A DNA stretch of 64,000 nt from NCBI GenBank assembly GCA_000004985.1, contig GG738851.1; one strand, given 5' to 3'. The first letter of the stretch is position 1. Every line of letters begins with the position of its first letter. Below are positions 10,913-21,907 of the stretch, one piece after another. The notes beneath the pieces are model-generated. The model made no database searches and was not told the DNA's origin. It saw only the letters and a list, made by a program, of their open reading frames with translations. Position numbers and translations under genes: made by a program. The DNA is from Naegleria gruberi (Eukaryota).

Positions 10913-11920
10913 TTAACCAACAACCTTGTTCAAGACATATCCAATACCTAAAACAGCAGCAGCAGTCAAAGCATATTCAGCAACAGTCCAACCAACACCT
11001 GGTTCCGAAGAAGCAGAAGTAGTAGCTGCTGGACGTGGTTTACCAAACATGTTATGAAGATCCATTCCCATCTTTTGAGCAAGAGCTTCTTCATCTTCTT
11101 CATTAATATCCTCAAAATCGTCATCATTATCTTCTTCCTTATCATTACCAATACCTCCAGAAACAACACCACCAGCATTCAATTGTTTGAGAATATTCAT
11201 CAAATCAGCAGCTGATTGTTCATTATCATCCTCATCTTCTTCGTCATCACCTTGGAGATTAATTGGATTTCCTTGAGCATTGGCCAAAGAACCTGCTGTT
11301 TGGAAATCTTCAATTTCCTCTTCTTCATCCTTCTTATCATCTGTGGTTTCTGTTTCTTCTTGTGTAGATCCAACACTTCCAAGAGTATTAGCAAGAACAG
11401 ATTCTAACAAAGCATCAACATCCTTTGGTTGTGTATTTTCATCTGTTGTGGTTTCGTCAGTAGTAGTAATAGTTTCTTCGACTGGTGTAGTAGTGGTTTC
11501 TTGTTGTTGAGCATCGGATGATGTTGGTTGCTCTTCATTAAGTTGATTTTCGGTATTAGTTGTTTCTATCGATGATGATGCTGGTTCTTCAACTTTTTCT
11601 TGAACAACAGAAGATGATGTATTTTCCTCAGTAACTACTGGAGTTTCAACTTGAGTGGTTGTTTCTTCGGTGGTGGTAGTAGTTTGTTCTTCAACAACAA
11701 CAACAACAGGTTCTTCAACTTGAGTTTCTTCAACAACTGATGTAGTGGTAGTTGTTTCTTCAACAATGGTAGCTTCTTGAGTTGTGGTTGGTTCTTCAGT
11801 AGTAGTAGTTTCTTCGACTGGTGTAGTTGTGGTTTCCTCCTCTTGCACTGGTGTTTGTTCTTGTTGTTCAACAACTTGTGTTGTTTCCTCTTGTGTTGTG
11901 GTTGGTTCTTCGGCAGTCAT
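10913..11920 (-). CDS. acidic Thr/Glu-rich low-complexity protein with C-terminal hydrophobic (tail-anchor-like) segment
   Basis: 335-aa ORF. Repeated 'EETTTT/EEPTTTQE' tracts. C-terminus 'GWTVAEYALTAAAVLGIGYVLNKVVG' is hydrophobic. Confidence 0.5.
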   Translation of the reverse strand: MTAEEPTTTQEETTQVVEQQEQTPVQEEETTTTPVEETTTTEEPTTTQEATIVEETTTTTSVVEETQVEEPVVVVVEEQTTTTTEETTTQVETPVVTEENTSSSVVQEKVEEPASSSIETTNTENQLNEEQPTSSDAQQQETTTTPVEETITTTDETTTDENTQPKDVDALLESVLANTLGSVGSTQEETETTDDKKDEEEEIEDFQTAGSLANAQGNPINLQGDDEEDEDDNEQSAADLMNILKQLNAGGVVSGGIGNDKEEDNDDDFEDINEEDEEALAQKMGMDLHNMFGKPRPAATTSASSEPGVGWTVAEYALTAAAVLGIGYVLNKVVG

Positions 11921-12147
11921 TTTTTGTGATTCAAAAAAGCCTTTTTATTGTGCAAATTGATTGAGCCAAAATGATTGTAAGAAGATGGCAGCATCTTGGC
12001 TTGGAATAAAAAGTGTCGATTTTAGTCTGAATCCATTCAATATCGTTATCATTGGAAAATTGGAGAAGAAAATTGATATTTATTTTCTCTTATTGTGATG
12101 AGCATGATCTTTGATGCTAATTAAAATTTTAATCACAGAATAAAAAA

Positions 12148-12438
12148 ATGCAAAGACAACAAACACAAGGAGCACCACAAACAAATCCTTCATCCTCTTC
12201 GGAACAAACTTATACAAAGTGTTTGGAAGATGTGGAAATTGGATATTCTACTCTATTGAAAAATATATCAAATGTAATAAGAGATCAGAATGTTAGTGAG
12301 TCTAGCTTGGAGGAATTAAAAAAGAATTTTGAAAATTTTGAGAACAATTGTGACAATATGTACCTCTACTTAACAAATGTCAAACAGGATGTCATTACTT
12401 CCATGATTAAAAAACAATCATCAGGATCAAATAATTAA
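12148..12438 (+). CDS. small hypothetical protein (96 aa)
   Basis: ORF with ATG and coding-like composition. No homology recognised. Confidence 0.3.
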   Translation: MQRQQTQGAPQTNPSSSSEQTYTKCLEDVEIGYSTLLKNISNVIRDQNVSESSLEELKKNFENFENNCDNMYLYLTNVKQDVITSMIKKQSSGSNN

Positions 12439-12813
12439 TTATTACATCTATTTCATTATTGATCATTTAATTGTTTTCGGAAGGATTCAATAGGATTCTA
12501 CTTGTAAATAATAATATTAAATTATTGAATGCTGTTGATATCATCCAACTAGAAAATTTCAATGTAAAATTGTTGTCCATTGATTGCCAAGAACAAGAAT
12601 AAATGGACTCTTTTTTGAAAGACCTGATGATTTGATAAATGGTTTGAATGAAAACCTTTTGTTCCTTCCTCAATAACTTGAAGAAATGTAAAGAGCATCA
12701 ACAAACATTGAGTTCCTTACTTTCCCGCTATTTTTGGTTGTTGGTTGTCTGAAAACAAATTATCTACAGTTACATGTTGATGCAAAATTTTATTATTAAA
12801 AAGGATCTAAAAA

Positions 12814-13866
12814 ATGTCTACATTGAGTACAAAGTATGTGCCTCACCGACTCAGACCTGAAAATATTATTAAAACTGAGGCAAGAGAGGCAACACTTCCA
12901 TCAAATCAAGAACATTTAAAGGTTGCTCTCTATGCTAGTTCAGTCTGTGTTGGAGAACCAGAAAGAACACCAGCAAATTTTGATACAACAAAGGGAGATG
13001 ATTTTGATAAAACTGGAAAGGAATTGATGAGGACTGCATTAGAAAGAAAGGAAGTTGTAGATCTGGAAAAACTTAATAGTGAAGCTTATTTGCATGATTT
13101 GAGAGGTGTTCATTTTGATGTTGGTCACGAACCTCATAAACCACACTTGAAAACACTTGCTCAAGCCTCATTTACAAAACCATCGGATGCTGTGCTCAAT
13201 GAAAATAAGAAGAATATCATTACAAGTGAGCAAGGATATATTATTGGAAAATCATCAATTGTGAAACATATTCCAGAGGATTGGAAGAATTGTCTCAAAA
13301 CTAATGTTCAAGATGATTTTGTCACTCCATCCGAACAAATGGAAAAGAATTTGGAACTAGGAAAGCAATCCGTTCCTAGAAGTAGACCAATAAGAGAGCA
13401 ATCCTCTGTTCTTTCCACAAAGACAATTCCTTCAGAACAATCTATTCATGATATCAGACAAGAAAATGAAGCTGATGCTGATAGAATTATTGAAGATATG
13501 AGAACTTGTCACTATTGCAATAATAAGGACAAGGAGCTTGCCAAAGATACCGAGTTTAATTCAAATTATGGAGAGAAGAATATGAATGATCTCCGATATA
13601 CATTTACAGTAAAGAAGAATGAGAGTAAGGTAGTGATGGGATATGATCCTCAGGAAGAAATTGAAAACAAGTACAATACTACATACAAGAATACCATTCA
13701 TCAAACAACCAATTCCATTAGTCACTCTGTAGAAAGATCCAAGATGGAAAAGAAGAAACGTGATGACATTCGTGACTTTATGAGAAAGAGTTCAATAGAA
13801 TTTGGAAATGAGAAACCTCCAATCTCTTCCACCACTCAACTCGATTATAGACCTGTAAAGTTTTAA
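12814..13866 (+). CDS. hypothetical protein (350 aa); possibly 5' exon of a longer gene continuing at 13933
   Basis: Uninterrupted ORF. Same frame as the downstream ORF. A candidate 78-nt intron (donor GTAAAG at 13855, acceptor ..ATCAAG at 13931/32) would splice out both intervening stops. Confidence 0.45.
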   Translation: MSTLSTKYVPHRLRPENIIKTEAREATLPSNQEHLKVALYASSVCVGEPERTPANFDTTKGDDFDKTGKELMRTALERKEVVDLEKLNSEAYLHDLRGVHFDVGHEPHKPHLKTLAQASFTKPSDAVLNENKKNIITSEQGYIIGKSSIVKHIPEDWKNCLKTNVQDDFVTPSEQMEKNLELGKQSVPRSRPIREQSSVLSTKTIPSEQSIHDIRQENEADADRIIEDMRTCHYCNNKDKELAKDTEFNSNYGEKNMNDLRYTFTVKKNESKVVMGYDPQEEIENKYNTTYKNTIHQTTNSISHSVERSKMEKKKRDDIRDFMRKSSIEFGNEKPPISSTTQLDYRPVKF

Positions 13867-13980
13867 CAACATTATAACACACTCATTGTAAAATAATAAA
13901 TATGCAAACCACATCCAAAACCAATCATCAAGATTACCGAACCCAATTATGGCCACCCACTTTCATCAATCAAACTCAAA

Positions 13981-15447
13981 ATGAAAAGAAAAACAACACA
14001 CCACTATGTTGACAGAGATTACCGCCCATCAGCAGCTGCAAAGAAGATTAAACTCAGAGACGAAGAGCGGCCCAAGAGAACCAGTGCCATTATAGCCAAT
14101 AACATTATTTCCAAACAGGCCTTCATTCCACGATTAAAGGGAGATGATTTACCAGAGATTGATCTATCGTATGTTGAAATGGTTTCAAAGATTGGATTTG
14201 CACCACCATCACCACCCTCACCACCACCAGTTGAATATGAAAATGAAGAGGAGGAGGAGGAACAAGAAGTAGAAGAATTGAATGATTGTAAACCACCATC
14301 AATTGTGGAAACGAAATTAATGAATAATAACAATCAAAAAACACAAAATATTATCGCCTTCATCAAGAATGCAAAAATTAAACAAGAACAATTGCAAACA
14401 GTGAAGAAATTGGAAGAAATTCAAGAAATTAACGAGAAACAAGAGGAAGAATTGATGAAAATTAATGAAGAAATGAAAGAATTGAATGAAAAGGATTTAT
14501 TCATCATTCAACTCTTTCAAAATATTGAAAGGGAATACGAGGAAAAGATTAAAATATTAACAGAGAAATGTTTCTTATTGGAATGTAAATGTAATCAATT
14601 GATGATGGTAAATGAAAGAGAGGAAAAAGTTGATGAGGAGTGTGAAAAAATTGTAGAACTGGATCCAATTTATGAATTTGGAGGATTGTCTCCTCCATCA
14701 CCTCCTATTTTGGAAACTCCAATTATTATTGAACTGACACCACCTTCTCCTCCATCACCTCAACAAATTAGAAATAGTCTACAGGAGAGGGAAGAGGAAG
14801 GAATTTCTAATGAATCAGATCAGATGACTCCACTCTCTCAGGAAACACAATATCAGGAAGAAAATGAAGACGATTCAACATCTGATACTACTACTCAAAC
14901 ACCTCAAAAGAGAAGAGCTGGAATGATATTGGAAGATCCAATGGAAATGCACATTAATTCATCACCATCTCTGAGTGATACTTCGAGTGAGGTTGATTTT
15001 GCTTGGTTATTTGAACAACAATTGATGCCACCACCGTCATCTCCATTCAGTAGCTCACCGACATTGAGTACTTCGAGTGCTAATGATCTGGCATCTGATT
15101 CCATTAGTAATGGAAGCACAAGCAGCGGTCCAAGAAGAAGCTCAAGAAGAGGAGAAAAGAGACAGAAAATTGAATCAGTTTTGAATCGTTTGAGAACAGA
15201 AATGAAAGTCTCTGTATTACTGCCTAATTTAATATTGAATGAATATGTTAATAGTGAAATTGCAAAGAGTGAATCTCTTGAACAGAGTACACCTCAAAGG
15301 AATAGTGCAAAGAGATCTTCTCTATTATCATCAGAGCATGTTTACACAGATAGAAAGCTGAAACTGAAAGACAAGTCATATGTGAGGACTAATTATTCAT
15401 ATAGAGGCCTTGAACTACCTGAAAATTTAATATTCTTTTGTAAATAG
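13981..15447 (+). CDS. hypothetical protein with SPPSPP motifs and a central coiled coil
   Basis: 488-aa ORF. 'PPSPPSPPP' occurs three times. E/K-rich coiled-coil middle. S-rich C-terminus. Confidence 0.5.
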   Translation: MKRKTTHHYVDRDYRPSAAAKKIKLRDEERPKRTSAIIANNIISKQAFIPRLKGDDLPEIDLSYVEMVSKIGFAPPSPPSPPPVEYENEEEEEEQEVEELNDCKPPSIVETKLMNNNNQKTQNIIAFIKNAKIKQEQLQTVKKLEEIQEINEKQEEELMKINEEMKELNEKDLFIIQLFQNIEREYEEKIKILTEKCFLLECKCNQLMMVNEREEKVDEECEKIVELDPIYEFGGLSPPSPPILETPIIIELTPPSPPSPQQIRNSLQEREEEGISNESDQMTPLSQETQYQEENEDDSTSDTTTQTPQKRRAGMILEDPMEMHINSSPSLSDTSSEVDFAWLFEQQLMPPPSSPFSSSPTLSTSSANDLASDSISNGSTSSGPRRSSRRGEKRQKIESVLNRLRTEMKVSVLLPNLILNEYVNSEIAKSESLEQSTPQRNSAKRSSLLSSEHVYTDRKLKLKDKSYVRTNYSYRGLELPENLIFFCK

Positions 15448-16085
15448 TAAGTTATTGAACTAGAGGAATAATATGCTGATGAATATTTAAAGTTTACAAT
15501 TTGATGGAGAATATTCACATGAAAAATTTGGACTCACAAACATTCGTTTCAATGTTATTGACCTCATCAATGACGAGAGGAAGAAATATCGTTTCCTAAA
15601 GTCTAACCACGATGGTATGATCATTGGCGATTGTACAGAGGGTTTGATTGTCGTGAAAATTGAGGAGTGTGAAACAAACATGGAAAGTAGAGTAATCTCC
15701 AAGCTTAATAATGTACTTCTCTCAAAACAAGCATCAAAAAGGAAACGTTTGATTAGAGAATTCTGTTTTGGTTCTCATTCATTGGCAATGGTATTTGACT
15801 TTGATTTTCCAATTTATATTCTGAGAGATGAGAAGAGGAATAATGTATCTGGTCCTTATTCTCTCCTGGAAATGGTCAGCGAATGTAAAATAGAATAATT
15901 TATGGATTGAAATATGTCAAACAGAATAATTTATGAATATTAAACACTAATATTCATATTTAGCATATTCCTTGGTTTACAATTAATTTTGGAGATTACA
16001 CGATTTTAGTGAATGAGTGTTGTGAGTTTAAACATTCTTTACTTTAAGATCATTATTACAAGCTTTTTTTAGGATGATATTTACA

Positions 16086-18259
16086 TTATTTCTTGAGGAA
16101 TCTTCTCTTGGTACGTTTCTTTGTTGGCACGACATCAGATTCTTCAGTTTCAATAGTGACTTCTTCCTCTTCAACTTTGGTCTTCTTATTTGGAGATTCA
16201 ACTTTGGACCTCTCGTCTTCCTTAAGGTCGTGTTTTCTCTTCAAATCACTAGATTCTGCAACATTGAGCTGCAAGGCGTCTTCCTTAGATTGTTTAGAGT
16301 GCTTAGATGAAAACATGGCAGAAAACTTGGATAATATCGATGATGATTCCTTCTTTTCCTCCTGTTGTGCTTGAATGAGTTGGGCTGTCTTTTCTTTGAG
16401 TACTCGGATATATTCTCTTTGTTTTTCTGTTTTGGATTCACTTTCTTGTAATTTGGCACGAAGAGTTTCAATTTCTTTTTTAGCAAGTTCGTAAATATTT
16501 CTCTTTTCTTGTTCGTATCTATCAATGGTTCCTCTCTTATCTGACTCGTATTGCTGAGTTCTAGAATAGAAAGTCTTTTCAATAGTATCTCTTTCTTTAC
16601 GAGCAGATTGTAATTGTTCGTTTGCTGCTTCTAGTTCAAGTTTCAATTTTTCAGAAATTAGTGAACCGTTTTCAGTTTCAGATTTGAGTGCTTCATACTT
16701 TTCCTTATATTCATCTCTTTCAATTTGGAGTTTACCAATAATTAAATTTTGATCTTCAAGTTTAGATTGGAATGTAGCAAGCTTATTCTTATAGTATTCC
16801 TTGTGTGTGATGGCTTGTTCATATTTTTGGAAATAGAGTTGAGTTTCCTTTCTGGCAACATCAATTTTGTTTTGGAGTTGCAGTTTAATTGTCATGGATT
16901 CTTCCCTTGCAGCATTGTCACGCATTTGAAGTGAAAATTCGGCTTCTCTTAAAACTTGTTCTCTAATTTTGAATTCATCTTCTTGTCTTGCAATTTTCTC
17001 AGCTTTCAGTGCATTAATACAATTTTGAACAATATTGAATTCTTCTGGGTTTTCAGATGGTGCTACAGGTTTGCTTACTGTTCTACCATCTTCCAGATCT
17101 ATTGTTTTAACACCCATCAAGTTAGCAGAAACAATCATTGTCTGGTAGGATTCAAAGACTCTGGCGAGAAGTCTTGAGACAGTAAAGATGGCAAATACTT
17201 TACATCCACCCTGTGCAAGATCTCTCAGTACTAACTTATTAAGATCACTACGTCCGATTTGACTATTTCTGACCTGAGTTGTTTTACCACTAATCTCTGC
17301 AATTGTATGAGTTAATTGAAACAAACTAGTGTTAATGAATATAGTTTCAGCAGTTTGCTCCTTTGCAGCAGCAACGTTGGGATTGGTAACATCCTTAATC
17401 TTTTCTGAACCAGCAAGATCTGCCACTGTAATTCTATTTAATAACTCGAGAGACATAGCACCATTATTTACAACCTTTCTTCCAAGATTAATATAAAAGA
17501 TGGCATGAGAACGAGAAGAGTCAGAGTTGAGTTTTGTGCTTCTAATTTTACGCTTACTCGTTCCATATGAAATTAAATTGAATGCATCCTTGACATTAGT
17601 TATTTCTACATCTAGCATTCCTTCGACAGCTGTTGCAGTGATGGTAACTTTTCCTTTGTGATTGTTAGATTTGGTGCTCGTTGTTGACCTAACACTACAA
17701 GTAGAATATGTGGAAAGCATAGAATCTCTAGGACCTTTTTTACAATGGTCATAATCTTCCAACAAGTCTACAACTATACTAGAATTATGATGTCCAGAAC
17801 TTGCATTCTCAATAAAATTGACATAAATACACAAGTCTGGATCTTCCTTTCTTCTAATTTCCAATTCAGCTAAAATATCATTCAACAATCTCAAAATAAC
17901 ACCATGTTCTTCACTTCCCTTATTTTCATCAAAATTACCAATCATTGTATAGGTTTTACCTTTGAAAAGTTTCGTTTTTAAAGTTAATACTTTACACACT
18001 TACCTGTACCAGTGGCACCAAAAGCAAAGACCAATGATTTAACACAGTTGAAAATGTTGGTAACACATGCTGCAGCTGTGGCTTGATAAATTTGTTCCTG
18101 AGTGGTAGTCTCATCAAAAACCTCATTGAATGGAAATAGTCTATTAACTGTACCCTTCTCTAATCGGAGTGATTGTTTATCAATCATTTCCAGAGGGCTC
18201 GGTTGATCGGATGGAAGATTTTCAGGCCTCAAACGAGCAAACATTTGAACACTATCCAT
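16086..18259 (-). CDS. kinesin-like protein (N-terminal motor, coiled-coil stalk, basic tail), 2 exons
   Basis: join(16086..17959,18004..18259), complement. A 44-nt intron (17960..18003, GTAAGT..CAAAG) splits the P-loop codon ('..AFGATGTG|KTYTM'). Motor motifs: 'GKTYTM' (P-loop), 'SSRSH' (switch I), 'DLAGSE' (switch II). Start 'MDSVQMFARLRPEN'. Confidence 0.85.
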
Positions 18260-18589
18260 TTTCTGGATAAGTTTTGGTTTTACTACGCTCCTATTATAAT
18301 AATATTATCAATGGTAAATTAATTGTGATGACAATGACGATGAAGATAATTACAATCGAAGGAAGAAGAAAATAGAGTGAATACTAACGGATCGTAATGT
18401 GTACTACTTACTTGGGTGTGTAGGCTTGCACTGGCTGAGTCTTGCGAGGTGTTGCCAACAGCAAGGAATAATCGAGCATTGATTCGTTCATTTTTTTTTA
18501 AATTGATTTTTGAAACTGAAAAATTTGGCGCCAACTGACTTTTGAAAAAAACATAAATACTTGTTTGATCAATAAAATAAACATTTAGT

Positions 18590-20172
18590 TTAGTTATTGG
18601 TAGTGGTGTCGACATTTCTTTTGAGCTCTTCCAATTTAGCCCTCTTTCTATCGGTAATGTCTTTTGAAGGTGCCCATTTTGTTGTTTCCACAAGATAATT
18701 CCACTTTTCTTCAATCTCGTTCTGTGTAATATTCTTCTTCCACAACATTTCTTGTATATCCAAATCTTGCCATGGAGGAAACACACTAATACAATCGCAT
18801 CCATACTTTACAGTGTTGGTATTAAGATTTAGTGTTGGCTCTGTAGGAATTTCAGTGGTTGGCTCCAATGGTTTGTCAGCGGCAATATCATTCGAAATAC
18901 CAATTGTCTCCTCATTAATTCGAGACTCAAGTTTACAAAGTGGGAACATATTGCCTGACTTTGCCAATTTGTCTAAAAACTTTAAACCAGTAACACTTTC
19001 CAATTCTTGAAGTGAAATGGAATATTTGGTCAATAGATCTGTTTTTTCAAGTTCTGTATTTGGTACAAGGAATGCTTGAGCATAATATTCAGGTTGATTA
19101 TCTACATGTTTTTCAGCAATAATAATTCTGAACAAGTGTGTTGGAACTGCCACTTGATGCTTGCCAACAACAAGATGTTTCATGATACCTTTTGGAGTCT
19201 GTAACCTTCCATTCACCTCCTTTCTCTCGAACATTTCAGGAATCATTGCTGGACCTGCAATAACGTGAACCGAATCAAAATCATAGGCCAATGATCTTGT
19301 AAATCTTTCCATTCTCAACCAATATCCAGCATTATTCTTGAAATCCTGTGGAACAATGTTATGAATGAGAAGGTGAGTATTATTCATTGAGGTTTGATCG
19401 AAAAAATTGAAATCTCCACAATTTACCAAATGTCCTCTTGAATATCCACTTCCCAAATAATCCTGATTATCTATTTTCACAAAATATTAGTATATTAAAT
19501 AAATCAAGTGCACATACTTGGATTAAAATCTGTGAAATTATCATAGAATGAACCTTTAGTAAATCTTGAGAATTTTCTGTCAGCTGTTACCTTCATGCCA
19601 TCATGTAAATGTGGAATCGACCAGGCAACATACAGTGGTATCCTCATTCTACTATCAGAAACTGAAATAAAATGTGAAAATAAGTGAAGAGCTCCAGCAT
19701 GAGTCGGAATTCCAAATCCATCAAAAGTTTTAAATAATTTGATAGTATCCTCTCTATTCTCCTCTGTATCATCACTCAACAAGTGAATATTATATTTTGG
19801 CCAATGAATAGAATCATCACTCTTACTCTCCAAATATTGATAAATTTCCTCAAGTGTTGTGACCTTTTTCTTTTCATTTGTTTCGATTGTACTTGTTGTA
19901 TTATTTTCTTCCTTTTGATCTGTTGATGAAATTTCCTGTTTTTCCAAAGATTCTACTCTCTGATCAACACCAGCATTAACTTGTGGAGATGAAATTTCTT
20001 GTTGCAAAGGTGAAGAAGGAGGCTTTAAATTTGTTGCTGTTGTTATAATTGGATCCGATCTTGTTGATATTGTTGGTGAAGGCCTTTTAACCTCCTGATG
20101 ACGATAACCAAAGTAATAACCAGCCCCGAGAGAACATGTACTCGTGAATAGCAAGGCACCAAATCTTTTCAT
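18590..20172 (-). CDS. EndoG-like DNA/RNA non-specific nuclease (NUC family), probably mitochondrial, 2 exons
   Basis: join(18590..19470,19518..20172), complement. 47-nt intron (19471..19517, GTATGT..AAAATAG). 'SRGHL..N..PQ...N.GYW..LE' catalytic region. N-terminus resembles a presequence. Confidence 0.75.
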
Positions 20173-20772
20173 TTTTTTTGATTTTAATATTTGATTTATA
20201 TTACTTTACAATAAATTCTTTTGAAGATGTATTTCGTAATATTAGAACTTTAATAACTTTGTAAAGGATTCGAATATTTAATTAAAAAAATGTCTGAACT
20301 GAGTGTAACTTTCCACCTCGTGGATTTCTCCAACTTTCGAATTCACTTCAAAGGTTATTGAGAGCAAAGACAAGATCCTAATGTTCAATTCTTTGAATTC
20401 TGTTGAAAGTGGAACGACCAAAGAAATTTATATTAGTTGCTTGTTGATGATGATCATGATGAAATTTTTTTACTTTCCAATTTTAATCAAGAAGAGAATG
20501 AAATTTACAAAGTTACCAAGTTGTCTCTAGGAAAGCTGTTAAAAACTGGTTCGAAAGAAATGGAAGAGTTTGATTTGGGAGAAAGAATTGAAGGTTTTTG
20601 ATTCATCTGGATTGCTCTTTACAATAATGGATGTTGAAAAAGATATCTAATGATTTTGGACAAATTCAATGACATGATAATATTTGTGGATTGGAACAAT
20701 GTTGACACGCCTTTATTTAGAACACAAACCATTATTTTACACAATTCTTAAAGTATTTCACATTGAACGTAA

Positions 20773-20845
20773 GCTGGCGTAGCTCAGTCGGTAGAGCGTT
20801 GGTCTAATAAGCCATTGGTCGCCGGTTCGATCCCGTCCGTCAGCA
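20773..20845 (+). tRNA. tRNA-Ile (anticodon AAT)
   Basis: GCTGGCG acceptor pairs with CGTCAGC. D-arm GCTC/GAGC. Anticodon loop CTAATAA. T-loop GGTTCGATCC. Discriminator A. Followed by a T-rich tract. Confidence 0.8.
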
Positions 20846-20934
20846 GAAATTTTATGTTATCTTCAAATGATTTTTAAGATGATATTGTGTATTATATTAC
20901 TGGCTTACACTTCAATTTGAGTATTTTAATAATT

Positions 20935-20957
20935 CGGTTCGATCCCGTCCGTCAGCA
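20935..20957 (+). repeat. Partial second copy of the tRNA-Ile 3' half (T-arm + acceptor 3' strand) within a diverged ~110-bp tandem duplication
   Basis: 'cggttcgatcccgtccgtcagca' is identical to 20823..20845. The flanking sequence after each copy is also similar ('gaaattttatgttatcttcaaatgattttt..' versus 'aatgttttaggttatctaataagtttta..'). Confidence 0.7.
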
Positions 20958-21112
20958 AATGTTTTAGGTTATCTAATAAGTTTTAATTGATGTAAGGAAA
21001 AAAACAACATCAAAACAAATGATGTGTCCATCATTAACAAGTAAATTATTTAAGCTGTTAGTGAATGATGTTTTTAATATCTTTCAATAACAAACAAATA
21101 GAATTAATCAAC

Positions 21113-21547
21113 ATGAGCACTCTATACTCTAAGAGAAGAACCTACAGCTGTATGAAAAATCTGAATGAGGAATCCCTCTCTGATTTGGATCATCTAGTTC
21201 TCCTTAATAATTATCTTCAACATTCCGATAAAGAACAAGTGAATGGTTCTAAAAAGAGAAAGTTGACTAGCAATAACAGATATATTCCAAACAAAGTAAT
21301 CATTAAAGAGGAAGAAAAAGAAACTGAAGATTCTACTTATTCACTTACATCTATTCAATTGAATCCTGATTTTTGTGAAGAGATAGAGCTGAGAATGAAA
21401 GCATTGAGTTCCAGAATGGATGAAACTCTCAAGAAACAAGAGGTATATTTGGAAAAGTATGCCAGCAAACAAGTTATCCAAAAGAAAGAAGCAGCAGATG
21501 ATTGGAAAGAAGCTCTTTGTAAAATATATTTCCCTTCCACTGAATAA
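21113..21547 (+). CDS. small hypothetical protein
   Basis: ORF with ATG ('MSTLYSKRRTYS...'). Coding-like. No homology recognised. Confidence 0.35.
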   Translation: MSTLYSKRRTYSCMKNLNEESLSDLDHLVLLNNYLQHSDKEQVNGSKKRKLTSNNRYIPNKVIIKEEEKETEDSTYSLTSIQLNPDFCEEIELRMKALSSRMDETLKKQEVYLEKYASKQVIQKKEAADDWKEALCKIYFPSTE

Positions 21548-21907
21548 ATTACACAATTTATTGGATGCCTATAATAATTTCGTTGGAATCTCTTCTTTCA
21601 TATCTGAATGTGTCTCATTCAAACATCTGCCCATTTGTATTGAATGGTATGTAATACGTGCAAGAGTTTTCATACTAGTCGTTACAAGAACTGTACTTGG
21701 AACATTTCTAATTACCTCAAAAAAAAAGAAACGTTTGTGGTGAACCTTGTAAACCTCTTAAAAATGAATGGACACACCTGAGAGAAAATTAAAACAATTC
21801 AAAAAAACAATAAGTGAAAATGTCAAGTAAAGGACTTCCATCAGATTTGAACGAATACTTTTGAAAAGGACAATGTTATTCAAGAAAAAGCCAAACAATT
21901 AGCTACA

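Noticed and set aside
15617-15898. 93-aa ORF (and a longer upstream open frame from ~15520)
   Set aside because: No start or splice configuration could be resolved and there is no homology. It may be an exon of an unresolved gene, so it is not called as a feature.
18319-18804. 161-aa ORF overlapping the 3' end of the EndoG-like gene
   Set aside because: Different frame from the nuclease exon. The composition and sequence ('CCGRRILHRTRLKKSG...') look non-coding. It is more likely a 3' UTR.
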